DNA of 64,000 bases from NCBI RefSeq assembly GCF_035084215.1, contig NW_027139453.1, forward strand, positions 4,960,001 to 5,024,000. The letters run 5' to 3'. Positions 1-11,890 of this stretch are shown here, in pieces (within the stretch, counting starts at the first letter, position 1; the number at the start of each line of letters is the position of its first letter). The DNA comes from Heptranchias perlo (lineage: Eukaryota). The notes under the pieces were generated by a model. The model was not told the DNA's origin. It made no database searches and worked only from the letters and a program-made list of their open reading frames with translations. Position numbers and translations under genes: made by a program.

Positions 1-48
1 TGTTCCATTTAATTTCATTCGATGTGTTGCCTGTATTTGTCACTTGAA

Positions 49-412
49 TCAAATTGAGGTGTTTAAGAAGATTGAAGTATTAGATAGGGTAAATAGTGTG
101 AAACTATTTTCTCTGGTGGGGGAGTCCTGAAGAAAGAGGACATTAAAATTAGAGATCTGCCGTTTCGGGTTGATGCAAGGAAGCACTTCTTCACAAAGGG
201 GAGTGGAAATCTCGAAATCTCTCCTCAAAAAACTGTTGAGACTGGGGGTCAATTGAAAATTTCAAAACTGAAATTGGTAGATTTAGATTAGGCTGGGCTA
301 TTAAAGGTAACGGAACCAAGGACGGTAGATCGAGTTAAGATACAGATCGACCGTGGTCTAATTGAATGGCGAAAGAGACTCGAGGGGCTGAATGGCCTTC
401 TCCTGCTCCTTA
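49..412 (+). mobile_element. CR1 LINE 3' fragment
   Basis: Typical CR1 ORF2 end/3'UTR (gggctgaatggccttctcctgctcct). Confidence 0.85.
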
Positions 413-862
413 ACAGACACATTCAATCTGCTGCACCGCTAGAAATGCTGAGCTTAATCGATTCGTCAAAAACAGAAGAATATCCTAAACCCTTATGAAT
501 ATGTAGTTTGTTGGAAGCCAGTTGTTTTAATGAGGCTCTCCTTGTACAAGGGACAACTGTCAGCGATTGACATCGAAAATATCACTTACTGGTTCAAACA
601 AAATAACAATAACCCTGTGCTCTCTCTGTCCATCCCGCCTGTATTTCAAACATAATTTATCGCCTTTATTTTTCACTGAACAGATACAGTCTCTTTGCTC
701 CAATAATGCTGCTCTCTTTCATTCTCCCTTTCTTTCTTTCTTTCTTTCCTTCTTCCTGTTATCACTTTCTTGCTTTCTATCTTTCATTCTTTCTTTCTCT
801 CTTTCCATCTTTCTTTCCTTTCTCTCGCCCTTCATGTGACGCTGAGCTCTCTCTTTACTTAC

Positions 863-911
863 CCGCCAATAGGAACAACGGCAACGTGCAGGACAATAGA
901 CAAATCCGCAT
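863..911 (-). CDS. Signal-peptide (leader) exon MRICLLSCTLPLFLLA-G; its next exon is not in the window (probably another V family or a neighbouring secreted/membrane protein gene)
   Basis: ATG at 911, 16 mostly hydrophobic codons + 1 nt (49 nt, phase 1), then consensus donor G|GTAAGT; GC-rich promoter-like sequence directly upstream (960-1230). Confidence 0.65.
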
Positions 912-1229
912 GATCGGGGACAAAGGGTCTGAGAGGTGGAGCCCAACGGTGAACAAGTTGCCCAGATGCCCGAGCTAAGATACTGTTCTGTGCAAGAATG
1001 GAAATGGAATTGACAGACCCGCCCGCCCCGCTGGCTCGATTTTAAAGCCCCGCCCCGTCCGCTCTGATTGACAACCCCTCCGCACTCCATCTGAATGTCA
1101 GCTCCGACCTTAACAAACTGATTGACAGGCCCGCCTCGCCATTTCTGATTGACAGCCCTGCCGCTTCCTCTCTGATATACAGCACCGCCCCTCCCTCTTT
1201 GATTGACAGTAAGCAGAGCGGATGGGAGC

Positions 1230-2280
1230 AGGTTGTTGCAAATTGATAGGCTAAGTGAGTGGGCAAAGCTGCAGAAGACTGAGTTTAACGTGGACATGTG
1301 TGAGGTCATCCACTTTGAACCTAACAGAGATAGACCAGAATATTTTCTAAATGATGAGTAGCTCGGAACTGTGGAGGAGCAGAGAGGTTTAGGGGGTTCA
1401 TGCACTGAAATCCCTAAAATCTAGTGGACAAGCAGAACAAGTAATTTAAAAAGCTAATGGAAAGTTGGCCTTTATCTCAGGAAAGCTGGAATAAAAAGGG
1501 TTGGAAGTGAACTTACAGTTGTAAAGAGTTCTGGTCAGACCCAATCTGGAGAACTGCATTCAGTTCAGGGCACCGCACCTCAGGATGGATATATTGGCCT
1601 TGGAGAGGTTGCAGTGCAGATTCACCCAAATAAAACCGGGGCTAAAAGGGTTAAATTATGAGGACAGGTTGCATAGGTTAGGCTGGTATTACCTTGAGCG
1701 TAGAAGATTGAGGGATAATCAGATTGATGCTAAAATGTTTCGCTATTATAGCTGTAGAGCAACTATGTCCTCTGGAGGGGGAGTCCAGAACAAGCTGGCA
1801 TAACCTGTAGCGGTTCAAGAAGGCAGCTCACCACCGTCTTCCCAACGTCAATTAGGGATGGGCAATAAATGCCGGCCTTACCAGCGACGTCGACAAGCAA
1901 TGAATGCATAAAAAACTCCTAAAATTAAAACCGCACCGTTCAGGTGTGAAGTCAGGAGGCACTTCGTCACAGAAAGGACAGTGGAAATCTGGAACTCTCT
2001 CCCCCAAAGGGCTGTGGAAGCTGGGGGTCATTTGCAGCTTTCAAGACTGAGATCGATTGATTTTTGTTACCTAAGGGTATTAATAGTTACAGCTCCAAGG
2101 CGGATACATAAAGATGAGGTACAGATCAGCTTTGATCCAATTGAATGGTGTAGCAAGCCCGAGTGGCTGAATGTCCTCCTCGTGTTTCTGTATAACAGCA
2201 TCGGGGGGCTGAACGGCTTCCTCCTGTTCCGAAGTAACTGACTCGAGGGGTTGAATGGCCTCCTTCTGTTATTATTAAAC
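1230..2280 (+). mobile_element. Decayed CR1 RT/3' fragment starting duplication unit 1 (paralogous copies 5900-6790, 10165-10930, 14340-15260)
   Basis: DILALERLQCRFT..GLKGLNYEDRL; same fragment at the same position in all four units. Confidence 0.85.
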
Positions 2281-2314
2281 AATGTTCAGGACACTTCTGC
2301 AGTTTATGTTCCTA

Positions 2315-2333
2315 GAGCGCCCTCTGCTGTTTG
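2315..2333 (-). promoter_or_regulatory. CTCF-like motif, unit 1
   Basis: GAGCGCCCTCTGCTGTTTG versus reverse CTCF consensus TAGCGCCCCCTGGTGGCCA. Confidence 0.55.
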
Positions 2334-2469
2334 GTTGGAGAATTAAAACACAATCTCAGAGGATGAAAACTCACCAAATTTCAACATTCCTTCTTTCAAT
2401 TTTTCCGTCTATCTTTATTTCCATCCTTCATTCATTCTTTCTTGATTTCTGGGATGAGGGGGTTATCTT

Positions 2470-2880
2470 ATGTGTAAAAGTTGGACAAGTTGGGCCTGGC
2501 GTTTAGAAGAATGAGAGGTGATCTTATTGAAACATATAAGATCCTGTGGGGAAGAGAAGGAGTAGATGCTGAGGGGATGTTTCCCCTCCGAGCGAGATTA
2601 GAACAAAGGTCCACCGTTTAAAAATAAGGGGTCTTCCATTTAAGATGGAGATGTGGAGTCTGTGGATCTCCCTTCCCCAGAGAGCGGTGGAGGCAGGGTC
2701 ATTGAGTATTTTTCAGGCTGAGTTAGGTAGATTCCTGATTAACAAGGGAGGCAAAGGTTATTGTTGGTAGACGGGGAAAGAAGGGTTGAGGTCGCAATCA
2801 GATCAGCCATGATCTTATCAAATGGCAGAGCAGGCTCGAGGGGCCTGATGGCCTACTCCTGATCTTAATTCGTATGTTCT
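2470..2880 (+). mobile_element. CR1 3' fragment (unit-1 specific)
   Basis: agaatgagaggtgatcttattgaaacatataag... gcctactcct tail. Confidence 0.8.
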
Positions 2881-3139
2881 TTCTTTCTCTCGCTCCCTTT
2901 TCCTCTATCCTGCCTATGTTGAACATTTGATTTGTAGGCTCTCTAATCCACTCCAGCTCCAGACCCTAAGGTTTTATATGTGACATGGGGCGTTTACCCG
3001 ACAACAGGAACAACGACAAAGTGTAGAAAAGACCATGAGGTCCAAACCCGTTAAACCAATTTATTCCCACACTGACCCCTCTCCCGTAACGTCTCCCCGC
3101 GCCGCTCGATACCCAGGAGTCAGATCTCGAACTTCACAA

Positions 3140-3585
3140 ATCAGCCCCATAATGCTTGATCCCTCCTTACTTCATCTCACCCTATAAGCATAGCCTTCTG
3201 TTCCTTTCTCCCTCGTGTACTTATCTCGCTTCCCCTCAAATGTATCTATGCTAATCACCTCAACCACTGCTTGTGGTAGCGAGTTCCACATTCTAACCTT
3301 TCTCTGAGTAAAGACACTTCTCCTGAATTTCTTATCGGATTTAATCGTGACCATTTAATTTATGGTGCCTAATGTTAGTCTTCCGACCAGAGGAAACACG
3401 TCCTCTACACCCACCCTATCAACTCTTACATCATTTTAAAGACCTCTATCAGGTCACCCCTCAGCATTCTCTTTTCTAGACAAAAGAGCACCACCCTGTT
3501 CAGTCTTTCCTGACAGTTATAACCACTCAGTTCTGGTATCATCCTTGTAAATCTTTGTTGCACCTTCTCCAGCGTCTCTATATCT
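3140..3585 (-). mobile_element. Old CR1 3' fragment next to the RSS flank (paralogs 7215-7725, 8600-9090, 12020-12500, 15690-15960 + 18050-18235)
   Basis: FTQRKVRMWNSLPQ motif; present next to every V. Confidence 0.8.
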
Positions 3586-3707
3586 AATCCCTCACGTTTA
3601 TTCTAATCCGTCTCGTTTTGTCAAAGACACGTTCACTCAGCAAAAATTCCAACAGGAGGAGGCGACGCGCGGTTTTAAATTAAACAGGTGTTTCCTGCCC
3701 ACTTTGG

Positions 3708-3746
3708 GGTTTTTGTTGAGCTCCTCGATCTCTCTGAGTCACTGTG
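3708..3746 (-). promoter_or_regulatory. 23-RSS of V1
   Basis: CACAGTG (3746-3740), exactly 23 nt spacer, ACAAAAACC (3716-3708). Confidence 0.97.
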
Positions 3747-4484
3747 CTGACTCCAGGCGCAGTAATACAAGGCCGAGTGATTCGCCCGCAGGCTGGAGGT
3801 CTCCAGGTTGAACTGGTGGTCATTCGAACGCTCGGCGGTAAATCCGTCCACCGTCCCCTCCGGAGTCACGAAATTAGTACCCGCAGAGTAAAACATAAAC
3901 TCTGGCTCTTTCCCCGGGTATTGTCTGTACCAATAGATGCTTGGCGTAATGGTGCCCTCCACAGCGCAATTCAGTTCCACTCCCTCCCCATGAAATTTGG
4001 AGACAGTGGCGGGCGTCTGGCGGATAATCTGCGAGTTCACGTCTGCGAATGAAACGGGGGAGGAAGATATAATTAAATGGGGACATTCGGGGAAACGTAG
4101 AAAGAGAGCAAGAGAGAAAAAGAGAAAGAGGGACAATCAGAAAAAAAGAAAAATAGAGAAAGAAAGAAAGAGTGGAAGAGAGAAAGAGCGAAAGAGAGAA
4201 AGAAAGAAGGGATAAGGGAAGGAAGGTAAGAAGGAAAGGAGGAAGGAAAAAAGAGAAAGAAGCAGAGAAAGAACGAACGAAAGAAAGAAAGAAGGAAAGG
4301 GGGAAGATAATAACAAAGAAGGATCGAAGGAAGGACGGAAAGGAGATAAAGAATGAATGAATGAAAGACAGGAAGAAAGAAATAAAGAACAAAAACGTAA
4401 ATAAATGTTATTAACTGAAATTATTGTTTGAAAATATCTTTTACGTTGAAATAAGATGATCAGACCCAGTAACAGAGACATCAT
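3747..4484 (-). CDS. TRBV: TCR beta V segment V1 (TRBV30-like); leader exon 4445-4484, V exon 3747-4042
   Basis: Leader MMSLLLGLIILFQ + phase-1 GT donor; acceptor ttcgcag|; V exon VNSQIIRQTP...LNCAVEGTITPSIYWYRQ...FYSAG...YYCAWSQ with Cys/Trp/Cys Ig-V hallmarks, abutting a 23-RSS. Confidence 0.93.
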
Positions 4485-4593
4485 TTACTTGAAGCTTTGT
4501 CTTAATAAGGAAAGGAATGAGAACAGCAGCGTTGAGTCTTGTGAGGAGCCAACCCGCTCTTTTCAAATCATTGAGGGAAACATGAAGAGCAGA

Positions 4594-4606
4594 AGGAAGT
4601 GATGCA
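4594..4606. promoter_or_regulatory. Candidate V promoter element AGGAAGTGATGCA (ETS core + CRE/decamer-like half); copies at ~9850, ~13334, ~14292, ~19034
   Basis: ~110-125 bp upstream of each leader ATG; resembles ETS GGAAGT and the mammalian V-beta decamer AGTGAYRTCA. Confidence 0.45.
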
Positions 4607-4619
4607 GATTTGGACAAGC

Positions 4620-5890
4620 CCCGCCTTCCCTCTCCGATTGACAGCCTCGACCCTGCCTCTCTGACTTAAAGCCTCGCCCCTCACTCTCTGATTGATATCC
4701 TCGACCGTCCCACTCTGATTGACAGCCTCGACCCTCCCTCTCTGATTTAAAGCCCCGCCGCTCCTTCTCTGATTGATAGCCTCGACCCTCCCCCTCTGAT
4801 TGACAACCTCGACCCTCCTTCTCAGATTGGCACCCTCGACCCTCCCTCTCTGATATAAAGCTCCAGCCCTCGATCTCTGATTGACAGCCTCGACCTTCCC
4901 TTTCTGATTGACATCCTCGACCTTACCCCTCTGAATGACATCCTCCACCCTCCCTCTCTGACTGATATCCTTGACCCTCCCTCTCTGACTGACATCCTCG
5001 ACCCTCCCTCTCTGACTGACATCCTCGACCCTCCCTCTCTGACTGACATCCTCGACCCTCCCTCTCTGATTGTCATCCTCGACCCTCCCTCTCTGACTGA
5101 CATCCTCGACCCTCCCTCTATGATTGTCATCCTCGACCCTCCCTCTCTGATTGTCATCCTCGACCCTCCCTCTCTGACTGACATCCTCGACCCTCCCTCT
5201 CTGACTGACATCCTCGACCCTCCATCTATGATTGTCATCCTCGACCCTCCCACTATGATTGTCATCCTCGACCCTCCCTCTATGATTGTTATCCTCGACC
5301 CTCCCTCTCTGATTGTCATCCTCGACCCTCCCTCTATGATTGTCATCCTCGACCCTCCCTCTATGATTGTCATCCTCGACCCTCCCTCTATGATTGTCAT
5401 CCTCGACCCTCCCTCTATGATTGTCATCCTCGACCCTCCCTCTCTGACTGACATCCTCGACCCTCCCTCTATGATTGTCATCCTCGACCCTCCCTCTCTG
5501 ATTGTCATCCTCGACCCTCCCTCTCTGATTGTCATCCTCGACCCTCCCTCTCTGATTGACAGCCTCGACCCTCCCTCTCTGATTTAAAGCCCCGCCGCTC
5601 CTTCTCTGATTTCAAGCCTGGACCCTCCCCCTCTGGTTGACAACCTCGACCCTCCCTCTCTGAATGGCACCCTCGACCCTCCCTCTCTGATATCAAGCTC
5701 CAGCCCTCGATCTCTGATTGACAGCCTCGACCTTCCCTTTCTTATTGACATCCTCGACCTTACCCCTCTTTTTGACATCCTCCACCCTCCCTCTCTGACT
5801 GACATACTCGACCCTCCCGCTCTGATTGACATCCTCGACCCTCCCTCTATGATTGACAGCCCCGCCCCTCTCTCTCTGATGAGCGATAAG
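4620..5890. repeat. 27-bp minisatellite directly upstream of the V1 promoter
   Basis: Unit ~ctctgattgacatcctcgaccctccct, roughly 45-48 copies; 9-aa periodic ORFs on both strands. Confidence 0.95.
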
Positions 5891-6826
5891 TCGAGCAAAT
5901 GGAAGCAAGAAGTTGCAATGGGCCCATAGAGAGTTTAATTAAGTGGTCAAAACTGCGGCAGATGGAATTCAATGTGGGCAAGTGTGAGGTCATTCAGTTT
6001 GGAACTAAGAAAGGTAAATCAGAGGGTATTTCCCAAAAGCTATGAAGCCAGGAACTGTGGAGGAGCAGAGAGATTTAGGGGTCCTTGTACGGAAATCACG
6101 AAAACTAGTGGACAGATACATGAAATACGTGAAAAGGCTGATGGAATTTTGGCCTTTTCCTCAAGGGGATTGGAATACAAAGGGGTGGAAGTTATGCTCC
6201 AGTTATATAGAGAGCTCTGGTTAGACCCCATCAGGAGAACTACATTCAGTTCTGGGCAATGCAATTCAGAAGGATATATTGGTCTTGCGGAGGGCGCAGG
6301 GCTATTTGAGCAGAATGATACCGGGGATTAGAGGGTTATATAACGAGCACAAGATGCATAAACTTGGCTTGTATTCTCTGGAATATAAAAGATTAAGGGG
6401 TGATCTAAATGAGGTGTTTCAGATCAATAAAGGATTTGACAGCGTAGTAAGAAGGAAACCATTTCCTCTGGTGGGGGAGTTCAGAACAAGGAGTGTGTGT
6501 GTGTTTGGGGTGGGGGGATCCTAACCTTACAATTAGAGCTAGGCCGTTAAGGTTGATATCAGTACGACTTCTTCACACAAAGGGGAGTGTAAATCTGGAA
6601 CTCTCACCCCTCAAAAGGATGTGGATGCTGGGGGTAAATCGGGCTTACAACAGAGATATCATTAGATTTTTTGGGATAAGAGATGTTGAGCAATGGCGGG
6701 TAAATGGTGTTGAGGTGCAGACCAGCCATGAACTAATTGAATAGCGGAGCAGAGCAGAAGGACTGAATGGCCTCCTCCTGTTCCAAGTCAACCATGTTCA
6801 GGGCACTGCTCTGTTTCATGGTCGTA

Positions 6827-6845
6827 GATCGCCCTCTGCTGTCCC
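6827..6845 (-). promoter_or_regulatory. CTCF-like motif, unit 2
   Basis: GATCGCCCTCTGCTGTCCC, paralogous position. Confidence 0.5.
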
Positions 6846-7799
6846 CGTGGAGAAAGCAAACGCAGTTTCGTTGGATAAAAATCCAACCGTCTTTTTACAT
6901 TCTTTCTTTCTTCCTTTTTTCCCTTCTTTCCTTCTTCATCTCTTTCTCTTTTCGTCCATCCCGCCTGCATTTAACACTTGATTTGGAAGATCTCTAATGC
7001 TGCACCAGACCCGAACGCCTCTTTGTGACACCGGGCGCTCGCTTTACTTACCCGCGAACAGAAACAGCGACAAAGTGTAGAAAAGACCATGCGGTCCAAA
7101 CGCGTTTGTCCCAAATTTTCCTGCACCGATGCCACATCTACCTCCCTCACCCAGCAGTCTGATCCCCAAATTCACAAATCATTCCCATGCTGTTTGTATT
7201 CCTTCTCATGACTCTAATTACATGGAATGAACAGCACCTAAACAGGCCGTTCCTCCAAACTGGTCTATGCTGGTATTTATGCTCCACACGAGCCTCCTCT
7301 CACTTTCTACCACTCACGTAATCAGCATGTCCGTCTATCCCTTTCCCCCTCATGTACTTATCCACCTTCCCCTTAAATACATCTATTCTATTCGCCTCAA
7401 CCATTCCTTGTAGTAGCGAATTCCACATTCTAACCTCTCTCTGTGTAAAGAAGTTTCTCCTGAATTCCCTATTGAATTAATTAGTCACTATTTTATATTT
7501 ATGGCCCCTAGTTCTGGTCTCCCACACAAGTGGAAACATCCTCTCTAAGTTTACCCTATCAAACCCTGTCATTGTTTTAAAGACCATTATCAAATCATCT
7601 CTCTGCCTTGGCTTTTCTAAAGAAAAGAGCTCCAGCCTGTTCAGTCTTTCCTCATAGTTATAACCTCCCAGTTCTGGTATCATGTTCGTAAATATTTGTT
7701 GCACCTTCTCCAGTGCCTCGTTATCTAATCTCTCACTTTTATTTTAACCTGTCTCTTGTTTGTATCAAATACACGTTCGCTCTGCTACAAAACCCAACA

Positions 7800-8590
7800 T
7801 GGCAGATGAAATTAAACGCAGAAAATAGCGAATGATACATTTCGGTAGGAAGAACGAGGAGGGGCAAAATAAACTAGAGGGCACAACTCGAAAAGGGGTA
7901 CAGTGATAGGGATATCTGAGGGTATGCTTGCACAAATCGTTGAAGGTAGCAGGGCACGTTGAAAAAGCGTTAAAAATGCATACGGGATCCTGTGCTTTAA
8001 AAATAGAGGCATAGAGTACACAAGTAAGGAAGTCATGATGAACTTTTATAAAACATTGGTTCGGACACAACTGAGTATTGTGTCCAGTTCTGGGCACCGC
8101 ACTTTAGGAAGGATGTGAACGATGAGGGTGCAGAGAGATTTTCTAGAATGATTCCAGGGATGAGGGACTTCAGTTACGTGGATAGACTGGAGAAGCTGCG
8201 ATTGCGAGGAGATTTGAGAGAGGTATTCAAATCATGAAGGGTCTCGAGAGAGTGGATCGAGAGAAACTCTTCCCATTGGTGGAGCGGTCAACCACCAGAG
8301 GATATCGATTTAAGGTGATTGGAAAATGAAACAAAGGCGACACGAGGAAAAACTTTTTTACATAGCGTGTGGTTAGGATCTGGAATACACTGCCTGAGCG
8401 GGTGGTGGAGGCAAATTCAATCATGGCCTGCAAAAGGGAAATGGATAAGTACTTGAAAGGAAAATAATGCAGGGTTATGAGGACAGAGCGGGGGACTGGG
8501 ACTAGTTGGATGGCTGTTGCATGGAGGCGGCACGGACATTATGGGACAAATGGCGTCCTTCCGTGCTGTAACATTTCTATGATTCTATAA
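7800..8590 (+). mobile_element. CR1 RT/3' fragment
   Basis: WQMKLNAE.. RT-end motifs, tail ttctatgattctat. Confidence 0.85.
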
Positions 8591-9202
8591 AGAGAGCAGA
8601 AATAGGCCATTCGGCCCAACTGGTCTATGCTTGTGTTTCTGATGCACAGGGGCCTCCTCCCACGTTATTTCATCTCACCCAATCAGCATTTCCGTTCATT
8701 CCTTTCTTCCATTTGCATTTATCAACATTCCCCTTAAATGCATCTCCACTATTCGCCTCAACTACTCCATGTGGTGACGAGTTCGAAATTCTAGCCACTC
8801 TCTGGGTAAAGAAGTTTCTCCTGAATTCCCTTTGGATTAATTAACGACTATGTAATATTTAAGGTCCCTACATCTGGACTCCCCCACAAGTGTTAACATG
8901 ATCCCTACGTCTACCCGATCAACCCCTATCGTAATTTTAATGAACTCCATCGGGTCATCTCTCAGCCTTCGCTTTTCTACAGAAAAGATCCCCACCCTGT
9001 TCAAACTTTCCTGATAGTTATAACCTCTCAATTCTCGTATCACTCTTGTAAATCCTTAATGCACATCCTCCAGTGCCTGTATACCTAATCTCTCAAGTTT
9101 ATTATAGAATCTTGTCAAACAAAAGTTTGCTCTGCAAAAGAAACCAACAGGTAGAGGCGAAGCGCGGTTTTGTGTCAAACAGGTGTTTCCTGCCCACTTT
9201 AG

Positions 9203-9241
9203 GGTTTTTGTTAAACTCCTCGATCTCTCTGAGTCACTGTG
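9203..9241 (-). promoter_or_regulatory. 23-RSS of V2
   Basis: CACAGTG-23 nt-ACAAAAACC, consensus. Confidence 0.97.
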
Positions 9242-9736
9242 CAGACTCCAGGCGCAGTAATACACGGCCGAGTGATTCGGCCAGAGGCTGGAGGTCTCCA
9301 GGTTGAACTGCTTGTCATTCGGTCGCTTGGCGGTAAAACCGTCCACCTTCTCCTCTGGACTCGCGTGATTGGTACCTATGGAGTAAAACATGAACTCTGG
9401 CCCCTTCCCCCGGTATTGCCTGTACCAATACATGTTAGGGTTGCTGGTGCCCTCCACCGTGCACTTCAGTTCCACTCCCTCCTCAGGAAATCTGGAGACA
9501 GCGCCGGGGATCTGGTGAATCCTCTTCGATTTCACGTCTGGGAAAGAGCCGGGGAGAGGAGGATATCATTAAATAGGGACATTCGGGGCACTGGGGAAAT
9601 GGAGAAAGAAAGAAAGGAAGAAAGTAAGAGGGAAAGACAGAACGATCAAAAACGTTAATAAATGTTACGAACAAGAATAATGGTTTAAAAATAACTTACG
9701 ATGAATCAAGATGATCAGGCCGAGCAACAGATTCAT
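9242..9736 (-). CDS. TRBV: TCR beta V segment V2 (TRBV30-like); leader exon 9700-9736, V exon 9242-9537
   Basis: Leader MNLLLGLIILIH|gtaagt; V exon VKSKRIHQIP...LKCTVEGTSNPNMYWYRQ...FYSIG...RPNDKQFNL...YYCAWSL; open frame. Confidence 0.95.
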
Positions 9737-10965
9737 CTTTTACTTTAAGCTTCAGTCTTAATAAGGAAAGGAGCGAGAACAGCAGCGGTGAGTCTTGTGA
9801 GGAGCCAACCCGCCCTTTTCAAATCATTCAGGAAAACATGAAGAGAATAAGGAAGTGATGCTGGGTTGGACAGGCCCCCTTTTCCGGTTGAACCAATTAG
9901 AACCAATGTGGTTGCTTATGACGAAATTGTATATTTTCTATTTACAATTAGTTATGCAATTAACTATATCTAGATAACCAATTTGCCACATGTGGCGATC
10001 AGCTATTGGACAACGCTGGCCTAAACCAAGCCCGTTATATAACGAGAGGCAGATCGTACAACAACATCATGTAGTGATGCAGGTTAGGAAACGCCCCGCC
10101 CTCCCTCTCTAATTGACAGTCCCGCCCCACTCTCTCTGATTGACAGCCCACCCCTTGCTGAAAAGGTATGAACTGTGGAGGAGCAGCGAGATTGAGGGGT
10201 CCAGGAACAGAAATCACCAAAATTCATGGACAGATACATAAAATAAGTGAAAAGGCTAATGGAATGTTGGCCTTCATCTCAAGGGGACTGGAATAAGAAA
10301 GGATGGTAGTTATACTGCAGTTTTAGACAGCCTTGGGCAGGCTCCATCTGGAGTGCTGCGTTCAGTTCCGGGCCCCTGAGCTCAGAAGGATCTATTGGCC
10401 TTGGAAAGGGTGCATAGATCATTCAACAGAATGGTACCGGGGCTTCGTGGATTAAATTATGAGGTCAGTTGGCATACACTTGGCTTGTATTGCCTGGAAT
10501 ATAGAAGATTAAGAGGTGATTTAATTGAGGTGTTTCAGATGATTAAAGGATTTGATAGGGTAAATAGAAAGAAACCATTTCCTGTCTGGGGAGTCCAGAA
10601 CAAGGGGTCACCTTAAACTTAGACTAAGGCGGTTCAGGGGTGAAGTCAGTCAGACTTCTTCTCACAAAGGGTAGTGGAAATTTGGAAATCTCTCCCCCAA
10701 AAAGGTGTGGACGCGGGGTGTCAATTGAAGCTTCCAAGACTGAGATTTATAGATTGTTTTTGGTCAGGGTGTCTAGGGATATGGAACAAAGGCGGGGAAA
10801 TGCCGTTGAGATACAGATCATAAATGAACTAATTGAATGGCGGAACAGAGTCGAGGGAATTGACTGACTTCCTCCTGTTCCAATGTTACAGGCTCGAGGG
10901 GATGAATGGACTCCTCCTTTTCCAATTCAATTATGTTCAAGGCGCTGCTCTGTTTGATGGTCCTA

Positions 10966-10984
10966 GAACGCCCTCTGCTGTCCT
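10966..10984 (-). promoter_or_regulatory. CTCF-like motif, unit 3
   Basis: GAACGCCCTCTGCTGTCCT, paralogous position. Confidence 0.5.
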
Positions 10985-11204
10985 CTTGGAAAACTAACAG
11001 AGTGAATGGATGAAAATACAAAAGTCTTTTGACTTTCTTTGAATCTGTATTTTTTCCTTCCTCTCTTTCTCTTTTCACCTATCCCGCCCGTATTTAACAC
11101 TTGATTTGTGGCATCTCTAATGCTGCTCCAGACCCAAAGGCCTCTTTGTGACACCGGACGCTCGCTTTACTCACCCGCCAACAGGAACAGTGACAAAGTG
11201 TAGA

Positions 11205-11890
11205 AAAGAACATAAGAACATAAGAAATAGGAGCAGGAGTAGGCCAATCGGCCCCTCGAGCCTGCTCCGACATTCAATAAGATCATGGCTGATCTGATCC
11301 TAAACTCAAATCTAAATTCATGTCCAATTTCCTGCCCTCTCCCCGTAACCCCTAATTCCCTTTACTTCTCAGAAACTGTCTATTTCTGTTTTTAATTTAT
11401 TCAATGATGCAGCTTCCACACCTTCCTGGGGCAGCAAATTCCACAGACCAACTACCCTCTGAGTGAAGAAGTTTCTCCTCATCTCAGTTTTGAACGTGCA
11501 GCCCCTTATTCTATGATCATGCCCCCTCGTTCGAGTTTCACCCATCCTTGGGAACATCCTTACCGCATCCATCCGATCAAGCCCCTTCACAATCTTATAT
11601 TTTTCAATAAGATCGCCTCTCATTCTTCTTAACTCCAATGAGTAGAGTCCCAATCTACTCAACATCTCCTCATATGTCCGCCCCATCATCCCCGGGATTA
11701 ACCGAGTGAACCTTCTTTGTACCGCCTCGAGAGCAAGTATGTATTTTCTTAAGTATGGATACCAAAACTGTATGCAGTATTCCAGGTGCGGTCTCACCAA
11801 TACCTTATTTAACTGCAGCAATACCTCCCTGTTTTTGTATTCTATCCCCCTAGCAATAAAAGCTAACATTACGTTGGCCTTCTTGATCAC
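11205..11890 (-). mobile_element. Young 5'-truncated CR1 insertion
   Basis: Uninterrupted 173-aa ORF2 C-terminus (VRPHLEYCIQFW...RRMRGDLIE), (ataagaac)n tail. Confidence 0.92.

Noticed and set aside
590-633. Possible small exon MDRESTGLLLFCLN|gtaagt
   Set aside because: Phase 2, weak signal-peptide character, overlaps intron-like sequence shared with the ghost-leader flanks
3874-4484. Phe/Ser/Leu-rich and Lys/Arg/Glu-rich ORFs
   Set aside because: CT/GA microsatellite of the V1 intron
4822-5587. Periodic ORFs on both strands (MTIREGGSR / MIVILDPPS)
   Set aside because: Products of the 27-bp minisatellite
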